From the human T2T-CHM13v2.0 reference genome, Homo sapiens: a DNA stretch of 64,000 nucleotides. The DNA is taken from NCBI RefSeq assembly GCF_009914755.1, contig NC_060927.1; one strand, 5' to 3'. This document shows positions 60,701 through 64,000 of this stretch, one piece after another (within the stretch, counting starts at the first letter, position 1; every line of letters begins with the position of its first letter). A model generated the notes under the pieces. It worked only from the letters and a program-made list of their open reading frames with translations, was not told the origin of the DNA and searched no databases. The translations under genes and the position numbers were made by a program.

Positions 60701-61519
60701 CTGAAATTCATATTTGGGCAATGATAATAGCTTGTCAAGTTGATGACTGTTTGCTGATTCCTTCAAACTTTATTTTCATATTTACAGAAAGACTCAAGAG
60801 TGCAGAGAAAGTGTTATACAGATGGCAAATTAATATTGCTTATAATTTTCTTCATTTCTCTTCTTTCTTGTTCATCACTTGGTTTATTTGCATGAAAACA
60901 GGGCCTCTGATTCTTAAGAATTCATTTGCATGAATTGTCTCAGCACAAAAAGTCACAGTTCCTCATTAACAAGTAAAACTCTATGATCATAGAACAATAG
61001 AGTGTAAAGGTGAGGAGGACACCAGAAATATACAATCTACACTTTATAGAGATGAAGATAGTAAATTCTAGCAAATAAAAATTGTTTCAGCAAGATAACT
61101 CTTTAATTTTAACAAATGCCGAATTGTGCTCAATTTTACATGAATGCCAAATAATTATATGTTTTGCATTAAAAACCAGGGTCACCGAGGCATGTAAGGG
61201 ATTTATTTTAGATCTCATATACAAAATCCTCTTTTGCTCGAGATGCTTATTGATGATGTTTTGAATGTTATTTATTTTCTCTTGGCATTATGATAATAAA
61301 CTGCACAAAGGATAATAGCTTTAGATGAGGAATGCTTAGCCTATGCTGTTTTCTCTCTATTTTAATAATTCCACTTAATGCAAAAGGAGAAAAACTGAAA
61401 GAAATTTATGAGCAATCTTGTCTCTAGGCATAAGAGTTTTTCAAAGTTTCTTAACAAATGTGAATAATAAAATAAATACCTATGTTTAAATATTAAAAAT
61501 GGCCTTTTATTTTGTATTA

Positions 61520-62075
61520 ATATACTTTATTTTTAGAGCAGTTTTTGCTTTATAAAAAATTGAAGAGAAAGTTCAAAGAGTTCCCATATATTCCCCTCCC
61601 CAACAGCAATCTTTCTCCCCACCATCCACACACAATTCCCCCTATTATTAACATTTTCCATTTATGTGGTATATTTCTTACGGATCATGACCCAATATTG
61701 GTATATTATTATTATCTAAAGTTTGTAGTTTATATACAGTTTATAGTATATATTAGGGTTCACAATTTGCATTGTTCAGTTTCGCAGGTTTGGACCAATG
61801 CATAGTATCATGTATCCACCCTAACTGCATCGTATTCTTATGCTATAGTTCCACTGCCCTAAATGTCCCCTGCTCTCACCTATCCATGCCTCCACTCCCC
61901 TTCCTTCACTCTGAAGCCATGGAAACCACTGGCTGTTTACCATCTCTATGGCTTTGCATTTTCCAGAATGTCATATAGTTGGAATCATATGACATGTAGT
62001 CTTTTCAGATTGCCTTCATTTAGTTAGTAATATAAATCTAAAGTTCTTCCTCTTCTACCTGGCTTGATAGCTTTT
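61520..62075 (-). mobile_element. L1MC1/2-like 3'UTR
   Basis: actttatttttagagcagttt...aaaattga..agaaagt.ca.agagttcccatata...cattttccagaatgtcatatagttggaatcata. Confidence 0.85.
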
Positions 62076-62084
62076 TAAAAATAT

Positions 62085-62530
62085 ATTTTGATAAGAATAC
62101 CTAACATGAGATCTAACTTCTTAGCAGATTCATAACTGTACAATACAATAGGGTTACAACAGGCACACTGCTGTATAGAAAATCTAGAACCGGTTCATCC
62201 TGCATTACTGAAACTTTATACCCACTGATAAGCAGCTCCCCATTTCCCAATCCCCCTGCCCCAGCAATCATTGTCATTCTGCTCTTTGCTTCACTGAGTA
62301 TAACTGTTTTAGATACCTCATATAAGTGGAATCATGCTGTTCTGTGACTAATTTATTTCACTTAGCCTAATTTCCTTCAGATTCATCCATGTTGTTTCAT
62401 ATTGCATGATTTCCTTCTTTAAGTTGGAGTAATAGTCAATTGTGTGTGTGTGTGTATATATATATGTATATATACATATGTATACACACATACATACATA
62501 TCACATTTTTTCTCATTTATTTATCTGCTT
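62085..62530 (-). mobile_element. L1MA9/10-like 3'UTR
   Basis: taagaa.ac.taacatgagatcta..ttcttagca; ctgaaactttataccc; ttagatacctcatataagtggaatcatgc. Confidence 0.85.
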
Positions 62531-62561
62531 ATGAAAATTTATTTTATAATAAACAAAACAT

Positions 62562-62730
62562 AGTTACCAGCTTTGTAAATCTGGGCAAGTCACTTGATCT
62601 GACTGGATTCCTGATTAATAAGGTTAACAAAGACACTGCATAGCATTATGATAAAGAGCTACTTGAAGAATATATGCATGGCACTTAGAACAGTTGCAAG
62701 AATGTACTAAGTAGTAATTATAATTATTTT
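62562..62730 (+). mobile_element. MIR fragment
   Basis: ttaccagctttgt..atctgggcaagtcactt...gcacttagaacagt. Confidence 0.65.
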
Positions 62731-62763
62731 TGTTGTTAACAATATTTTTGTCTTTTTTATGCT

Positions 62764-62799
62764 GTGTGTGTGTGTGTGTGTGTGTGTGTGTCTGTGTGT
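62764..62799. repeat. (TG)n microsatellite
   Basis: About 14 uninterrupted TG units, followed by tctgtgtg. Confidence 0.95.
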
Positions 62800-64000
62800 A
62801 TACACACAACATAGGGAAATTACTTGTCTTTAAGCAAGATAAAAAGAATAAAACTCCACTAGTCAGGGAAAACTACCATTGACCTTACAGTTGATTTTCT
62901 CCTACACAGTTTCTCAACAAAAATATTTCTCTTGAGTGTGTATAAAAAATCAGATTCTATTATATACGGTCTTTGGCAATGTGTTTTTAATTTTGCATTG
63001 CGACTTCAATTAGTAAGTATCCATATCATCACCTTAATGAATACATAATATTCGATTTTTGCATGTATTGCAAAGTAATTATTTGTATTCAATTCCAACA
63101 GCTATTTAGACTGATTTCTGGTTTTTTTCTTAAAACTTCTTAGAATAAAATCTTCGAACATAATATTCTCAATATTACTATTTTTAAAAGTAGCCAAACC
63201 AATAGATAAGACAGGGTACCCTCTTGTTTTAAATTTGTATTTATTTAATTGTAAGTGACCTTTTTTCTTAATTCTAATTTGTGTGTATTGACAATATCTT
63301 TTATTTTATTTAAAATTTGCAGCAACCCTAAGAGTTACACCTCATATCAATAATCTATAGTTCTTCGAGGATAAATTCAAAACATTTTTAATGTAATTTA
63401 CTTAAATAAGAATAACCTAAATTGTTAAATACATATATTTCAAGGCCAATACTATGGAATTTCTAATTCTATATGTCTCAGAGGTCTAAGAAATTCATGT
63501 TTTTAATACACTCAATAATTTTTCCCTTACACACAAGTGTGCCAAGTAGTGAATAATCACTGGCCTAAACCTGGTATTTTTACTCAATATATTTCTGCAG
63601 AGTGTTTAAAAGTTATAGTAAGAATGGTTTTGTAAATATCTCAATAAAGTACTTAGGAATTTGCATTGCAAAATAGTTTCATAGAGGCTTTAAGTTGCTT
63701 CCAGTTACCAGGTCCATACATTATTTGCTTGCTATTTTTTCTCAATTTTTAAATTTTATTTAAATATCGAAGTTAATATAATATGGGAATTTTATTAAAT
63801 TTGTAAATGAAATATAAGTGAAAAAATGGTAAAAACTTTTAGTTAAAGTATTTTAATTATCCCAGATATAGGACTCTCACTAAAGATTATGATAAATACC
63901 ATAAATTGCAATGAAATTGATAATGTGTAAAATGTAATTGGGTAGACTCCCATATTTACCTATATAAATTAGCTATTTTTAGGGATGATTTTTGTTCTCC

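Noticed and set aside
60770-60830. Possible splice acceptor (ttttcatatttacag)
   Set aside because: There is no good donor or coding signal downstream, and such acceptors are frequent by chance in T-rich DNA.

Overview
AT-rich, CpG-poor primate genomic DNA. AluY and L1PA2 copies point to human or another great ape, and it reads as a gene desert or deep intron. I found no credible protein-coding exon, RNA gene, CpG island or CRISPR array. The longer ORFs in the track are mostly L1, Alu, LTR or ERV fragments, or chance ORFs. Most of the window is transposon fossil record: L1PB, L1MA, L1MB/ME, L1MC and L1PA copies, 13 Alus, a heavily interrupted ERVL (LTR16/HERV16-type) provirus at about 32.5-42.3 kb, several solo LTRs, the DNA transposons MER1B, MER2 and Tigger3, and MIR/L2 remnants. 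I see no evidence of a new biological system. The observations worth following up are structural: a ~23-nt micro-L1 inside an Alu linker, a three-arm Alu chimera, an L1PA2 without a target-site duplication (TSD), three local copies of one L1MA segment plus an inverted junction, deep transposon nesting, several tandem and inverted duplications, and two motif-rich unique stretches that could be enhancers. All repeat names come from recalled consensus features, not from a database search. Subfamily labels and the edges of old elements are approximate.
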